IMG/VR virus record: IMGVR_UViG_3300025030_000050
Location: 32,001 to 96,000 of that record
Source: a virus
Reading direction: 5' to 3' (one strand)
Length of the DNA: 64,000 nucleotides
This document shows positions 8,442 to 17,970 of the stretch, one piece after another (position 1 is the first letter of the stretch; every line of letters starts with the position of its first letter). Position numbers and translations under genes: made by a program. The notes under the pieces were generated by a model, which was not told the origin of the DNA, did no database searches, and was given only the letters and a program-made list of their open reading frames with translations.

Positions 8442-9664
8442 AACAAATTGAGATTAAAAAATTTCAATGTCACGACAATTCTGTTATTAATCTTGCTCCA
8501 GGTGTTAATATTATTTCTGGTTCGTCAGATCATGGCAAAACAAGCGTATTTAGAGCTATTGGGCTGGTTAAAAATAACAGTCCTTCCGGATATCGTTATA
8601 AACCATGGCAGGCAAAGAAAAAAGACGTAACAATTATTGGTCTTAAGTTTGATAATGGCAAAGTAGAAAGAAGAAGATCGGATACAATTGATGAATATCT
8701 TATTCAGGCTTCAAATTGTTCAACCGACCCATTTAAAGCCATGAATAGGCAAGTGCCAGAACAAATATCTGAATTTTTAAATTTAAATGAATATAATTTT
8801 CAGAGTCAGCACGATCCCCATTTTTTCATTTCTAAAACGCCGGGCGAAAGGGCAAAGCTTTTAAATGAAGTAAGTGGATTAGAAATTATAGACAAATCTA
8901 CTTCTAAAATAAATTCGTTAATTAAAGAAAATAATTCACTTTTAGAAAAATCAAAAGAAGAAATAAAAAATCTTGGCAACAAAAAAGAAAAAATAGAATT
9001 TGTTGTAAAAGCCGATGCTATTTTAACTGATATAGAAGAAGGGGTTGAAAAAGAAAATAAATTAACTGCAAACAATAATATATTATCAAATTATTGTCAG
9101 AGTATAGAAAAGCTACAAACAGTAATTGATGACAATAAAGAGTTCTTGCTAATCAAAGCCAGTTTTGATTTAATTCAATCATTAATTAATAAAAACGAGT
9201 TTTTAACAACAGCTAATGAAAAAATTATTCAATATGTTGATAAAATAACAGTTCTTGCCAACATAATTGATGATAAAAAAGAATTTTTAAAAATAAAAGA
9301 CTTGACAAATAAGCTAGAATCTGATATAGATAATTACAAAGCCTCTTATTTAGATAATGAAAAGATTAAAAAATATTGCCTTGATTTAAAAGAAAATGAA
9401 GACAATGTTACTTCAGTTAAAGAATGGCTAGGGGTAAAAACATTGTATACCTCTAGCATTCAATATAAAGCCCGCTACGACGAATTAGAGGTAAAACAAG
9501 CTACCCTACTAGCTTATATTGAAAAAGCCCTTACAATTGATTCTAGGGCCATAGAATTGGATAATAAAGTAACGGAGTTGAAAAGAAAGAAAGAACAGTA
9601 TATGAAAAAGTTCGGCATTTGCCCATTTTGTGGCAGAGGTGATGGCGATGAAAGCAAATTATGA
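8435..9664 (+). CDS. sbcC: SbcC/Rad50 (gp46-like) N-terminal half: Walker A, Q-loop, coiled coil, terminal zinc hook
   Basis: IEIKKFQCH, GSSDHGKT, NFQSQ, C-terminal CPFCG; no Walker B. Confidence 0.85.
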   Translation: MLEQIEIKKFQCHDNSVINLAPGVNIISGSSDHGKTSVFRAIGLVKNNSPSGYRYKPWQAKKKDVTIIGLKFDNGKVERRRSDTIDEYLIQASNCSTDPFKAMNRQVPEQISEFLNLNEYNFQSQHDPHFFISKTPGERAKLLNEVSGLEIIDKSTSKINSLIKENNSLLEKSKEEIKNLGNKKEKIEFVVKADAILTDIEEGVEKENKLTANNNILSNYCQSIEKLQTVIDDNKEFLLIKASFDLIQSLINKNEFLTTANEKIIQYVDKITVLANIIDDKKEFLKIKDLTNKLESDIDNYKASYLDNEKIKKYCLDLKENEDNVTSVKEWLGVKTLYTSSIQYKARYDELEVKQATLLAYIEKALTIDSRAIELDNKVTELKRKKEQYMKKFGICPFCGRGDGDESKL

Positions 9665-9881
9665 TAACCTTCTTCTCAAACTAAAAACAATTCCAGTTCT
9701 GTGCGGTCGTTGCTATAACTATGTAGATAAAGTCTATCAAGCAACTTGTGAAGAAAAGCCAGAAGAATTTGACAATTTTATTCACGGCACATATTATTGT
9801 CCCGATTGTGGGGCAATGGTAGTTGCTGGTCTTCCTCATCCAGACGTATGTGAAAAGTGTTTAAATGAGAAAAAGGATTAA
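9648..9881 (+). CDS. Cys-rich zinc-finger protein
   Basis: CGRC, CPDC, CEKC. Confidence 0.6.
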   Translation: MKANYDNLLLKLKTIPVLCGRCYNYVDKVYQATCEEKPEEFDNFIHGTYYCPDCGAMVVAGLPHPDVCEKCLNEKKD

Positions 9882-10082
9882 GTGTTGGGGTTAAATATGC
9901 ATGAAAAATGTATAAAGTGTAAATATAGAGAACATTATGTGAGTAATTCAAACCAAGATCATATCAATTTGTGTATAGTTTTACCATATGAAGAAGATGA
10001 GGAAATAACGACTTGGCTTGATGTTGAAGATTTTGATTCATCAGATTGTTGTTATTTCAAAGAGGTTAGGAATATTGAGTAA
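9882..10082 (+). CDS. Cys-rich hypothetical protein
   Basis: CIKC...C...CC. Confidence 0.55.
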   Translation: MLGLNMHEKCIKCKYREHYVSNSNQDHINLCIVLPYEEDEEITTWLDVEDFDSSDCCYFKEVRNIE

Positions 10083-10542
10083 GACTAAACTAAAATCAAT
10101 TGATATTGAAATAGCAGTCGCGGCTTATTTAAATTTCAGGCATAATTTAATTGTGCCTAATGTGTGTTGGGGCATTCATATTCATGAATGTGATTTGCTT
10201 GTCATTACTAAAGCTGGTTACGCATGGGAAGTTGAAATTAAAGTTAGTAAAGCCGATTTAATAAAAGACACAGATAAGAGGCATGGGCATAAAGACAATC
10301 GAATTAAAGACCTTTATTTTGCCATGCCTGAAGAAATGAAAGATTGCATAGACCATGTTCCAGAACGAGCGGGTATTATTTTAGTTAAAAACAATTTGAG
10401 ATGCCAGACCATTAAAAAGCCTATTTCAAATCGAAATGCAGTCCCATTTAGTGATAGAGAAAAATATAAAGTTGCGAGACTGGGTGCGTTACGTATTTGG
10501 GGACTGAAAAGAAAAATTATTAAGAAAGATAAAGAGGATTAG
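10075..10542 (+). CDS. MmcB-like PD-(D/E)XK nuclease
   Basis: ECDLLVI...EVEIKVSKADL..D..K, YFAMP, AGII; probable TTG start after GAGG. Confidence 0.75.
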   Translation: MSKTKLKSIDIEIAVAAYLNFRHNLIVPNVCWGIHIHECDLLVITKAGYAWEVEIKVSKADLIKDTDKRHGHKDNRIKDLYFAMPEEMKDCIDHVPERAGIILVKNNLRCQTIKKPISNRNAVPFSDREKYKVARLGALRIWGLKRKIIKKDKED

Positions 10543-11475
10543 ATGAAGATGTTATGTTTTGGTGATATTCATGCCAGATCAAATAACCCCAGATATAGGG
10601 TTGATGAATATTGGCAAACTTTATTGAATAAAATAGAATTTGGGCTAAATCTTGGGCTTGCTAATAATTGTGAATATGTTGCCATGCCTGGAGATATCTT
10701 TGAAACACATAGAGTTTCAAATGCTGTTATTAGCAAAATGATAGATACAATGCTTAAATATGGATATTTAAACATGACTTTTTTAGGCGTAGTTGGCAAT
10801 CATGACGCACCATTTCATAATTTGAAATTGGAAAATTGTCCACTAAATGTTTTACAATCAGCACAAGTATTGGAAATTTTAGATAAAAACCCATATAACG
10901 ACGATACTGCAAGTGATGGCAAGATTAATTTTTACGGTGCAAGTTGGGGTCAAACAATTCCTGAAATTAAAGATAAAGCAGCTTTTAATATTTTATTAAT
11001 TCATAAAATGATAATTGGTGAAGACAAGATTTGGGAAGGGCAAGAACATTATGTCAGTGCTCGTACATTACTCGCTAAAAATGGATTCGATTTAATTATA
11101 TCTGGGGATAATCATAATTGTTTTACTTCTGAATATTCAAAAAAAGTTTTACTGAATATGGGGAGTTTGGGTCGTATGACGGCTGGACAATTAGAGCATA
11201 AGCCGAAAGTTGCTATTTATGATACTAGCAATAGAACATATGAATTGTTTGAAGTTCCAATTCAACCTTCTTCAGTTGTTTTCAATTTAGATGAGATCAG
11301 ACATAAAAAACAAATAGCTGAAGAAAATGCTAAAATAAAAGAATATGTTAATTTTCTTAGTAGCAATGAAGAAAAGCAGGATTGGAATTATGTAAAGAAT
11401 TTAAATAATTTTATGCTCAATAATGACATAAGAGACGAGATTAAAGAAATTGTCTTACAGACATTGGAGGATTGA
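10543..11475 (+). CDS. sbcD: SbcD/Mre11 (gp47-like) nuclease
   Basis: GDIH, PGDIF, GNHD, SGDNH, N.GSL.R motifs, next to the SbcC halves. Confidence 0.85.
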   Translation: MKMLCFGDIHARSNNPRYRVDEYWQTLLNKIEFGLNLGLANNCEYVAMPGDIFETHRVSNAVISKMIDTMLKYGYLNMTFLGVVGNHDAPFHNLKLENCPLNVLQSAQVLEILDKNPYNDDTASDGKINFYGASWGQTIPEIKDKAAFNILLIHKMIIGEDKIWEGQEHYVSARTLLAKNGFDLIISGDNHNCFTSEYSKKVLLNMGSLGRMTAGQLEHKPKVAIYDTSNRTYELFEVPIQPSSVVFNLDEIRHKKQIAEENAKIKEYVNFLSSNEEKQDWNYVKNLNNFMLNNDIRDEIKEIVLQTLED

Positions 11476-11476
11476 C

Positions 11477-11680
11477 GTGCCTCTTAGAGATTACTGTTGT
11501 AAAAATTGTCAATTTGTGATAGAAGATAAGTTAGTGTTTGCTGAAAACGAAGCGGAAGCTATTTCATGTCCTAATTGCGGAAGCACTGCTTACAAGCTTC
11601 CTTCATTTGCTAATTTTGTCATAAAAGGGTATAATGCAAAGAACGGATATTCAAAAACAGAGGCTAATAATGGAAAATAA
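11477..11680 (+). CDS. FmdB-family zinc-ribbon protein
   Basis: GTG start after GGAGG; MPLRDYCCKNC...CPNCGS...F..KG. Confidence 0.7.
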   Translation: MPLRDYCCKNCQFVIEDKLVFAENEAEAISCPNCGSTAYKLPSFANFVIKGYNAKNGYSKTEANNGK

Positions 11681-11822
11681 GTCTTGGTGTGTTTGCACAA
11701 ATTATAATTGTCAATATGAAGGTGGATATGCGGAACCATATTCATTCTGTCCAGGGTGTGGGAATATTTTAGAGCCAACAAAAATAAGCATTGAAGAAAA
11801 TGTAGAGGAAGACAATGATTGA
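11670..11822 (+). CDS. small zinc-ribbon protein
   Basis: CTNYNC...CPGCG. Confidence 0.55.
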   Translation: MENKSWCVCTNYNCQYEGGYAEPYSFCPGCGNILEPTKISIEENVEEDND

Positions 11823-12060
11823 TTTAAAACAGATTTCAACAGATTTAGAAAAATTAAATAAAGAAATTGTAAGTGCTGAAAAAGAACTTCTACAAGCTGA
11901 GGCTCAAAGAGATTTGCTTCAAAAACAAGGTTTAGAATTTGGCGTAAAAAATGTCAAAGAAGCTAAAAAGCAGATACTAGATAATGACAAAGAATTGGCA
12001 GATCTAGCTAATGAAATAGAAGAAAAATATAATAACTTAAAGGCTTTGTATGAATGGTAA
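11815..12060 (+). CDS. short coiled-coil protein (possible third SbcC piece)
   Basis: Heptad pattern throughout; lies between SbcD and the SbcC C-half. Confidence 0.65.
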   Translation: MIDLKQISTDLEKLNKEIVSAEKELLQAEAQRDLLQKQGLEFGVKNVKEAKKQILDNDKELADLANEIEEKYNNLKALYEW

Positions 12061-12205
12061 ATTGATTTTAAGGAAAATATGGGACCATATTGCAAGATGT
12101 TTGGGGATTGTAGCGGTTATATTTATTATTTCATTTTGGCTAGGGTTCGGATTTTATTTTGGCATAATCTCAGCCTCTAATTTAGATTTCCTTATTTATG
12201 GATAA
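12050..12205 (+). CDS. small membrane protein
   Basis: Below ORF-track cutoff; MNGKLILRKIWDHIARCLGIVAVIFIISFWLGFGFYFG... Confidence 0.5.
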   Translation: MNGKLILRKIWDHIARCLGIVAVIFIISFWLGFGFYFGIISASNLDFLIYG

Positions 12206-12234
12206 TTTTTAATAGTATAAAATATATTAAAACA

Positions 12235-12939
12235 ATGATAAATAAAACAGAATTATCAAATATAAGAACAAAAGTCAATGACTTACTTGCTGATTTAAGG
12301 TCTTTAAACTCTTCTTTAAAAAATGAAGAAGAGAAAAAAATTAAGTATGAAAAGTACGGCCTCAGTGCTTTAGAGGCGAGAGCAATAATTCAGAATGTTT
12401 CGAAATCAACACAACAATTACTTGAAAAACAATTTAATTCGCTAGTCACACTTGCCATACAATCTGTATTTCAAGACGATAGAGAATTTTCAATTGAATT
12501 TGTTGAAAAACGGAACAAGACAGAAGTTGAATGTTTTATAATTAAAGACGGACAAAAAATAGGACTATATGAAGGAGGTGGGGGATTAGTTGATGTAACA
12601 GCTATTGGTTGCACAATCGCTTTCTGGAATTTAGAGAGAAAAACAAGACCTATTTTTATTTTAGATGAAAAGTTCAAATTTCTCCATAGCCCGACATTAC
12701 AGAAAAATTTGAGTCAGGTTTTAAAACTTATATCAGAAAAATTGGGCCTGCAATTTATTTTAATAACCGATCAATCTGATATTGTTGGTGATAAAGAATT
12801 CGGCGTTATTAAAGGCGAAATTTATGAAGTAAAGCCAACAGAAATTCAATGTCCTGAATGCGGAATAGCTTGTCTTTACTCTTATGTAAAAGACCAGACA
12901 GAAATATTTAGATGTAAGAATTGCGATTATATGGAGTAA
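12235..12939 (+). CDS. sbcC: SbcC/Rad50 C-terminal half (signature and Walker B) with C-terminal zinc ribbon
   Basis: Short coil, EGGGGLVDV signature, FILDEKF Walker B, QFILIT; CPEC...CKNC. Confidence 0.8.
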   Translation: MINKTELSNIRTKVNDLLADLRSLNSSLKNEEEKKIKYEKYGLSALEARAIIQNVSKSTQQLLEKQFNSLVTLAIQSVFQDDREFSIEFVEKRNKTEVECFIIKDGQKIGLYEGGGGLVDVTAIGCTIAFWNLERKTRPIFILDEKFKFLHSPTLQKNLSQVLKLISEKLGLQFILITDQSDIVGDKEFGVIKGEIYEVKPTEIQCPECGIACLYSYVKDQTEIFRCKNCDYME

Positions 12940-12941
12940 AA

Positions 12942-13178
12942 ATGAAAATTTTATGTATTAAAGATGTTATAATGCAGGATGGAGAAATTGCTTTTTATAA
13001 AAATAAATCATACTTTACCTCATTCGATCCAGATAAAATAAATTTTAATATTATTGACCATGTTGGGTTGTTTGCGGTTAATAGTGAAATATCCTTAGAA
13101 CATAATATGACAAGACATTTTTTAAAAGAACATTTTTCATTGGATAAACATGAAGATAAGACAGTTATAGTGGAGTAA
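12942..13178 (+). CDS. hypothetical protein
   Basis: SD GGAG; MKILCIKDV. Confidence 0.6.
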   Translation: MKILCIKDVIMQDGEIAFYKNKSYFTSFDPDKINFNIIDHVGLFAVNSEISLEHNMTRHFLKEHFSLDKHEDKTVIVE

Positions 13179-13180
13179 AA

Positions 13181-13699
13181 ATGAAAATCGTTATAATCTT
13201 AAATGGTTATCCACGTAGTGGTAAAGATAGCTTTGCCAAATTTATAGGCCAGGCTTTGTTAGATAAAGGCGTACAAACCGATATTGTCAGTTCTGTATGT
13301 AATGTTAAAGATGCGGCAAAAATTTTGGGTTGGGATGGCGAAAAAACAGAAGTAAATAGAAAAGCTTTGTCTGATTTAAAAGATTTGTCTACAAAATATT
13401 GGGAAGGCCCATTCAATTTAATGTCAAATTGTGTCATGAAGATGAAAGAAAATCATTGCTTCGTATTCATGATTAGAGAACCAGAAGAAATTGAAAAATT
13501 TGTAGCTAGATTTCCACAATCAGTTTCGGTATTTATGAAAAGAGATGAGGCGAAAATAGATTGTCTTAATCACGCCGATCAAAGCGTAGAAAATTATATT
13601 TATGATTATTACATTTACAATAACGAAGATTTAAAAAATTTATCAACTCAAGCACAGTTATTAATAGAAAGGATAATTTATTATGGACAAACTAGATAA
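13181..13699 (+). CDS. deoxynucleoside monophosphate kinase-like P-loop protein
   Basis: NGYPRSGKD, K..A..LGWDG.K, RE..E, NHAD, YD..I.N. Confidence 0.75.
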   Translation: MKIVIILNGYPRSGKDSFAKFIGQALLDKGVQTDIVSSVCNVKDAAKILGWDGEKTEVNRKALSDLKDLSTKYWEGPFNLMSNCVMKMKENHCFVFMIREPEEIEKFVARFPQSVSVFMKRDEAKIDCLNHADQSVENYIYDYYIYNNEDLKNLSTQAQLLIERIIYYGQTR

Positions 13700-13865
13700 G
13701 GAAAAATTAGACTTGCTCCAAGCCATGGCAATTTTATTTGAAGAATACGAAGATGTTGCCAGTCATACAATTGATTGCAGTATTAGCTTTGGTGACGATC
13801 CTTGTGAAGTACATTACTACAGTCCAGAAGAAGACAAGCCATTTTGCACAAGGTATGAAGAATGA
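13683..13865 (+). CDS. hypothetical protein
   Basis: ORF track, coupled. Confidence 0.5.
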   Translation: MDKLDKEKLDLLQAMAILFEEYEDVASHTIDCSISFGDDPCEVHYYSPEEDKPFCTRYEE

Positions 13866-14089
13866 AAATAGAACTAGAAGAAAATCAAGCCGCTTTGATC
13901 CTAACCCTTGAAGAAGATGGAGAAAGCTGCAATATGAGAATTGTTTATGACAGAGGCCATGACGATTTTCTACCAATTAATATCCAAATGTTATACGCTG
14001 TTGCGGAATTATTTCAAGGCAGTGAACAATTTATGGAAAGTATTCATAAAACAATTGTTGAAATTTTTAAAGAACCCACAACACATTAG
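13862..14089 (+). CDS. hypothetical protein
   Basis: ORF track, ATGA coupling. Confidence 0.6.
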   Translation: MKIELEENQAALILTLEEDGESCNMRIVYDRGHDDFLPINIQMLYAVAELFQGSEQFMESIHKTIVEIFKEPTTH

Positions 14090-14097
14090 GAGCGGTT

Positions 14098-14772
14098 ATG
14101 GAAGTAAAGGTTTTAGGTGAATATGGTTATGAATTTGCAAGATATGGATTTTCTCTAAGTTTTAAAGAGAGGTCTATTAAACCAACTGATTGGATGCTTT
14201 GCCCTAAAAATTGTCACAAAGAGTGCAGCGATTGTGATATTTTTGAAAGGCAGCAACATTATGATAAAGTTTTAATTAAAAATGCAAATAGAGAAGGGGG
14301 CCACAATAAATTTTTAGAACACATATCTGTTTGGCTTGATGTTGAAGCTCCGTTAGAACTATGGAAGCAAATCGACACCTATCGGGTCGGTCCAAGTAAA
14401 CAGTCAGAGTCAACAATGCATACTTTAGATAAAAGAGATATGGCTGTTGAAGATTTTGATTTAGACGAAAAAGAACTAGAAAAAGAATGTATTTTAGACC
14501 CAACTGACATTGGGGACAAAAACCCTAGCTTAAAGCATATTTTAGGTTTATATTTGCAATATCTTAATTTTATGCCGTCAAGAATTAAGTCGAAACTATT
14601 ACCTCAAGGTTACAAACAAAGGCGTGAAATTGTTTTAAACTACAAAGTATTGCGACATATTATCAACCAAAGAAAGGGACATAAATTACCTGAATGGCAA
14701 TTTTTTATTAAATCAATTTATGAGCAAATTGAAAGACCAGAACTATTGCCCGAATACCCATATGAAAGATAA
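14098..14772 (+). CDS. divergent ThyX-like (flavin-dependent thymidylate synthase fold) protein
   Basis: HNKFLEHI, AP...KQ.DTYR, SESTMH, LP.GY.Q.R...NY..LR.I..QR..H.L.EW. Confidence 0.7.
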   Translation: MEVKVLGEYGYEFARYGFSLSFKERSIKPTDWMLCPKNCHKECSDCDIFERQQHYDKVLIKNANREGGHNKFLEHISVWLDVEAPLELWKQIDTYRVGPSKQSESTMHTLDKRDMAVEDFDLDEKELEKECILDPTDIGDKNPSLKHILGLYLQYLNFMPSRIKSKLLPQGYKQRREIVLNYKVLRHIINQRKGHKLPEWQFFIKSIYEQIERPELLPEYPYER

Positions 14773-14956
14773 ATATTATAAAAATATGACATTCTGTGTC
14801 TTTGAAGAATGTACGTTCTATCAAGATTGTGGTAGGAGATTAACAGAAAAAGATAAAAAAGATGCCATTGAATGGTTTGGGTCTGACAAAGCCATAATTC
14901 AAATTTATCTTGATAAACCATATTGTTTTGAAGGAGAAGATGAAAATATACTGTGA
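14762..14956 (+). CDS. Cys-containing hypothetical protein
   Basis: TFC...C....C.R. Confidence 0.55.
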   Translation: MKDKYYKNMTFCVFEECTFYQDCGRRLTEKDKKDAIEWFGSDKAIIQIYLDKPYCFEGEDENIL

Positions 14957-15530
14957 TTATGACAGCACTCTTAATACCTTAGCTCAGGCTTGGACAGATT
15001 GGGCAAATAGGCTTTATCATACTAATATTACTACAAAAGACATTTTGCACTGGAATTGGATGGGAGAAAGATTCGGAGGAAGTGTTAATGATTTTTGGAA
15101 AAATGCCGATATTTATAAGAATGATGTTGTCACCGTACTTCCTGGTTCAATTCCTTTTATAAAAACCTTACAATCTTTATTTGGGAAAGAAAATGTATTT
15201 ATTGTAACCCATTCATGGCCGGGAACAGAAGTAGAAAAAGACAAACAAATTAGAAGAAAATTTGGTTTTATAAATATTATTCATGAAGCAGATAAATTTA
15301 GAGTAACAAATGATGGGATTTTAATTGACGACAGAGCCTGTACAGTAGGCTATCATTGTCAGATAAATAAAATGAGAGGAATTGTATTTAACAATAACAA
15401 CAATTACGGTTGGTCAACAAAAGAATTTATTGAAGATTTTGAAACAGTACAGACCTTAGTTAGCTTTAAACAAAGCTATGAAGATACTTTCGAATATTTG
15501 GTTAAATTATATAAAGATGGTGTTTATTAA
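14940..15530 (+). CDS. 5'(3')-deoxyribonucleotidase (NT5C, HAD fold)
   Basis: IYCDYDSTL, FIVT, K, LIDD. Confidence 0.8.
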   Translation: MKIYCDYDSTLNTLAQAWTDWANRLYHTNITTKDILHWNWMGERFGGSVNDFWKNADIYKNDVVTVLPGSIPFIKTLQSLFGKENVFIVTHSWPGTEVEKDKQIRRKFGFINIIHEADKFRVTNDGILIDDRACTVGYHCQINKMRGIVFNNNNNYGWSTKEFIEDFETVQTLVSFKQSYEDTFEYLVKLYKDGVY

Positions 15531-15531
15531 T

Positions 15532-16235
15532 ATGAAATACATGGGGAGTAAAAGGAGAATTGCAAAACACATATTGCCAATAATTTTAAAAGATAGAAAA
15601 GAAGAACAATGGTATGTAGAACCATTTGTCGGTGGTGCAAACATAATTGATAAAGTAGTTGGTAATAGGATTGGAGCAGATTGCAATGGATATTTAATTG
15701 CTCTTTTAAAAGAAATGCAAAATGATGAAATGATTTTCCCTTTATTGGGGAAGAAAAATACAAAGAGATCCGGCAGAATAAAGAAAAATATCCAAGTTGG
15801 TTAGTAGGATATGTTGGCTTTCAATTATCTTTTGGCGCTAAGTTTTTTGGTGGATATAGAAGAGATAGCAAAAGTGTCAGAAATTATGAAAATGAAGCTA
15901 TGCAAAATTTAAAAGCACAACAAAATTTAAAAGCACAACAAAATTTAATAAAAGATGTTTTATTTTATTGCAATGATTATAAAAATATTGAAATTCCTAA
16001 AAACAGCATAATTTATTGTGACCCCCCATATAAAAATACTACTGGGTATAATAATAAATTTAATCATAATGAGTTTTGGGAATGGTGTGAATTAAAATCA
16101 AATGAAGGGCACAAAGTTTTTATATCAGAATATAAGGCCCCAATAAAATTCAAATGTGTTTGGTCAATGCCAGTAAAGACAAAAATTGATGTAAATTCAA
16201 AGAAGAATAGCATTGAAAAACTTTTTACAATTTAA
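15532..16235 (+). pseudogene. dam: DNA adenine methyltransferase (D12/Dam class), frameshifted at about 15740
   Basis: KYMGSK, EPFVGG in the first frame; WLVGYVGF..SF, YCDPPY, FISEY in the second; length 3n+2. Confidence 0.85.
15903..15948 (+). repeat. 18-bp tandem duplication in the MTase (QNLKAQ x2.5)
   Basis: CAAAATTTAAAAGCACAA x2 + CAAAATTTAA. Confidence 0.9.
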
Positions 16236-16372
16236 TACAAGAAAGAAAATATTGTAGATACTGTCAGGAATGGCCTTAACACCGCTTAGGTTAGGCGATT
16301 GGTATATTTAGCATACCTGACTATGGAAGGTAATAAAAATGTCTTAAAACGAATTGAGGAGGGCGGGTTGGA

Positions 16373-16573
16373 ATGGATACAAAAATAGATGCGTTTAATC
16401 GTACATTTTCAATTTTATGTGTTTGTGTAGTAACTGGATATATGGCTAGCGTTGGTTATGAAGTTTCAGACATTAGCATAATTGTAGAAAAGCTCGCATA
16501 TTTAGCCGGGGCTTATATCGGCGTAAAAGAAGTTGGAAATATCATTGCCTCAGTAAAGGAGAACAAGCAATGA
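16373..16573 (+). CDS. small membrane protein, holin-like
   Basis: Two hydrophobic segments, LAGAYIG, basic C-terminus; SD GAGGAGG. Confidence 0.5.
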   Translation: MDTKIDAFNRTFSILCVCVVTGYMASVGYEVSDISIIVEKLAYLAGAYIGVKEVGNIIASVKENKQ

Positions 16574-17028
16574 AAGTATTGCTTTATCAAGGAATTAGTG
16601 TTGTATCAAAAATAATCAAATGGCAGACAAGAAGTCAATATAGCCATGCCGCAGTTGAACTAGATGATAGCAGTGTTATTGAATCCTGGCATAAGGGAGT
16701 AGAACACGTTAAAGATTATCGAACAAATCATACTAGCGGAACAGTTGTTGATGTTTTTGGGATTAAAGCTCCATCAGAAAACATCGACCTTGCCGAATCT
16801 ATTTTTCTAAAACAAGTTGGAAGAAAGTATGATTTTCAAGGAGTATTCAATTTTGTAACAAGAGAAGACATTAATGTTGATGAACGCTTGTTTTGTTCTG
16901 AATCAGTTATGACTGGGTTTAATGAAGCAGGTATTTATTTGCTGGAAAGGATTAAACCAAATCTCGTTTCCCCACGTGATATTCATATTTCACCCTTGCT
17001 TTATTTTATTGAGAAAAGAATTGTATAG
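16570..17028 (+). CDS. permuted papain-like amidase (YaeF/YiiX, NlpC/P60 C92)
   Basis: I...T.S.YSHAA, G.KYD, FCSE, SP. Confidence 0.8.
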   Translation: MKVLLYQGISVVSKIIKWQTRSQYSHAAVELDDSSVIESWHKGVEHVKDYRTNHTSGTVVDVFGIKAPSENIDLAESIFLKQVGRKYDFQGVFNFVTREDINVDERLFCSESVMTGFNEAGIYLLERIKPNLVSPRDIHISPLLYFIEKRIV

Positions 17029-17037
17029 AGGTAAGTT

Positions 17038-17223
17038 ATGAGAAAAGAAGAATTAAGTAGAGAAATACTGGCTGATGAGGCATGGAAAATGGAGTTAGGC
17101 GATCTTTGTGAAAGAGTTTTGAGATATAGTTATACTCCGGGTATTCATGACGAAATTTTGCTAGAAAGATGTAGAAAGCATGATATTGGAGAAAAACAAA
17201 ATCATCCTAATGAACGTTCTTGA
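17038..17223 (+). CDS. hypothetical protein
   Basis: SD GAGG. Confidence 0.5.
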   Translation: MRKEELSREILADEAWKMELGDLCERVLRYSYTPGIHDEILLERCRKHDIGEKQNHPNERS

Positions 17224-17614
17224 TCCATATTTTATAAAAATTGATGAAACCTTAATTCCTTATCTTGGCGATATGCTAACTGAATTGTGTGAGTGCAAGT
17301 TAGAGGTTTGTCTAATCCCATCGCAGAATGACAGCACAAGAGAAGATGGAGGCATGATCAGAGTCTGTATTGGTAAAAATCCGGAGTGGTATAGTAATTT
17401 ATGTTCTTCATATATTAGAAAATCAAAAAAGATAAAGAAACAAAGAACGATTATTAAAAGAAAAAATGTAATTGAATTGTTAGAACATATGATAAGAAAT
17501 GGCTACAGCAAAAGTAAATATTGTGATTATTTGGTTAAAATTGCTACAGATAAGAAACAAGTTGAAGACCAGTACACATTAAATCAATTTGAACCATGGA
17601 ATGATCAATTTTGA
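17180..17614 (+). CDS. hypothetical protein
   Basis: ORF track. Confidence 0.6.
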   Translation: MILEKNKIILMNVLDPYFIKIDETLIPYLGDMLTELCECKLEVCLIPSQNDSTREDGGMIRVCIGKNPEWYSNLCSSYIRKSKKIKKQRTIIKRKNVIELLEHMIRNGYSKSKYCDYLVKIATDKKQVEDQYTLNQFEPWNDQF

Positions 17615-17970
17615 GGACAATTATAGCTGGATCAAGATCAATTGAAAGTTATATAGAATTATTAAAAGCTATCTCTAAAATTGATTTTAAAATAACAGTT
17701 GTAATAAGTGGTGGAGCACATGGTGCAGACAAATTAGGCGAAAAATATGCAAAAAGACACGGAATTCCATTAGAAATATATGAAGCCAATTGGGATAGAT
17801 ATGGTAAAGGAGCGGGGCATATCAGGAATTCTTTAATGGCTGATAAAGCAGAAGCGTTGATTTGTTTATGGGATGGAAAGAGCAATGGCAGTGCTAATAT
17901 GATTAAAAAAGCAAGGGTGAATAATTTAATTACTAAAGTTTTTATTAAAGGAATGGAAGGGGAAAAATAA
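17611..17970 (+). CDS. SLOG-family (YspA/DUF2493-like) protein
   Basis: IIAGSR, ISGGA.GAD..GE.YA, A.W..YGK.AG..RN..M, WDG.S.G..NMI. Confidence 0.85.
   Translation: MRTIIAGSRSIESYIELLKAISKIDFKITVVISGGAHGADKLGEKYAKRHGIPLEIYEANWDRYGKGAGHIRNSLMADKAEALICLWDGKSNGSANMIKKARVNNLITKVFIKGMEGEK

Noticed and set aside
15086-15112. Possible plus-strand sigma28 promoter TAAT-N15-GCCGATAT
   Set aside because: Both boxes deviate from the five late-strand copies and it lies inside a CDS
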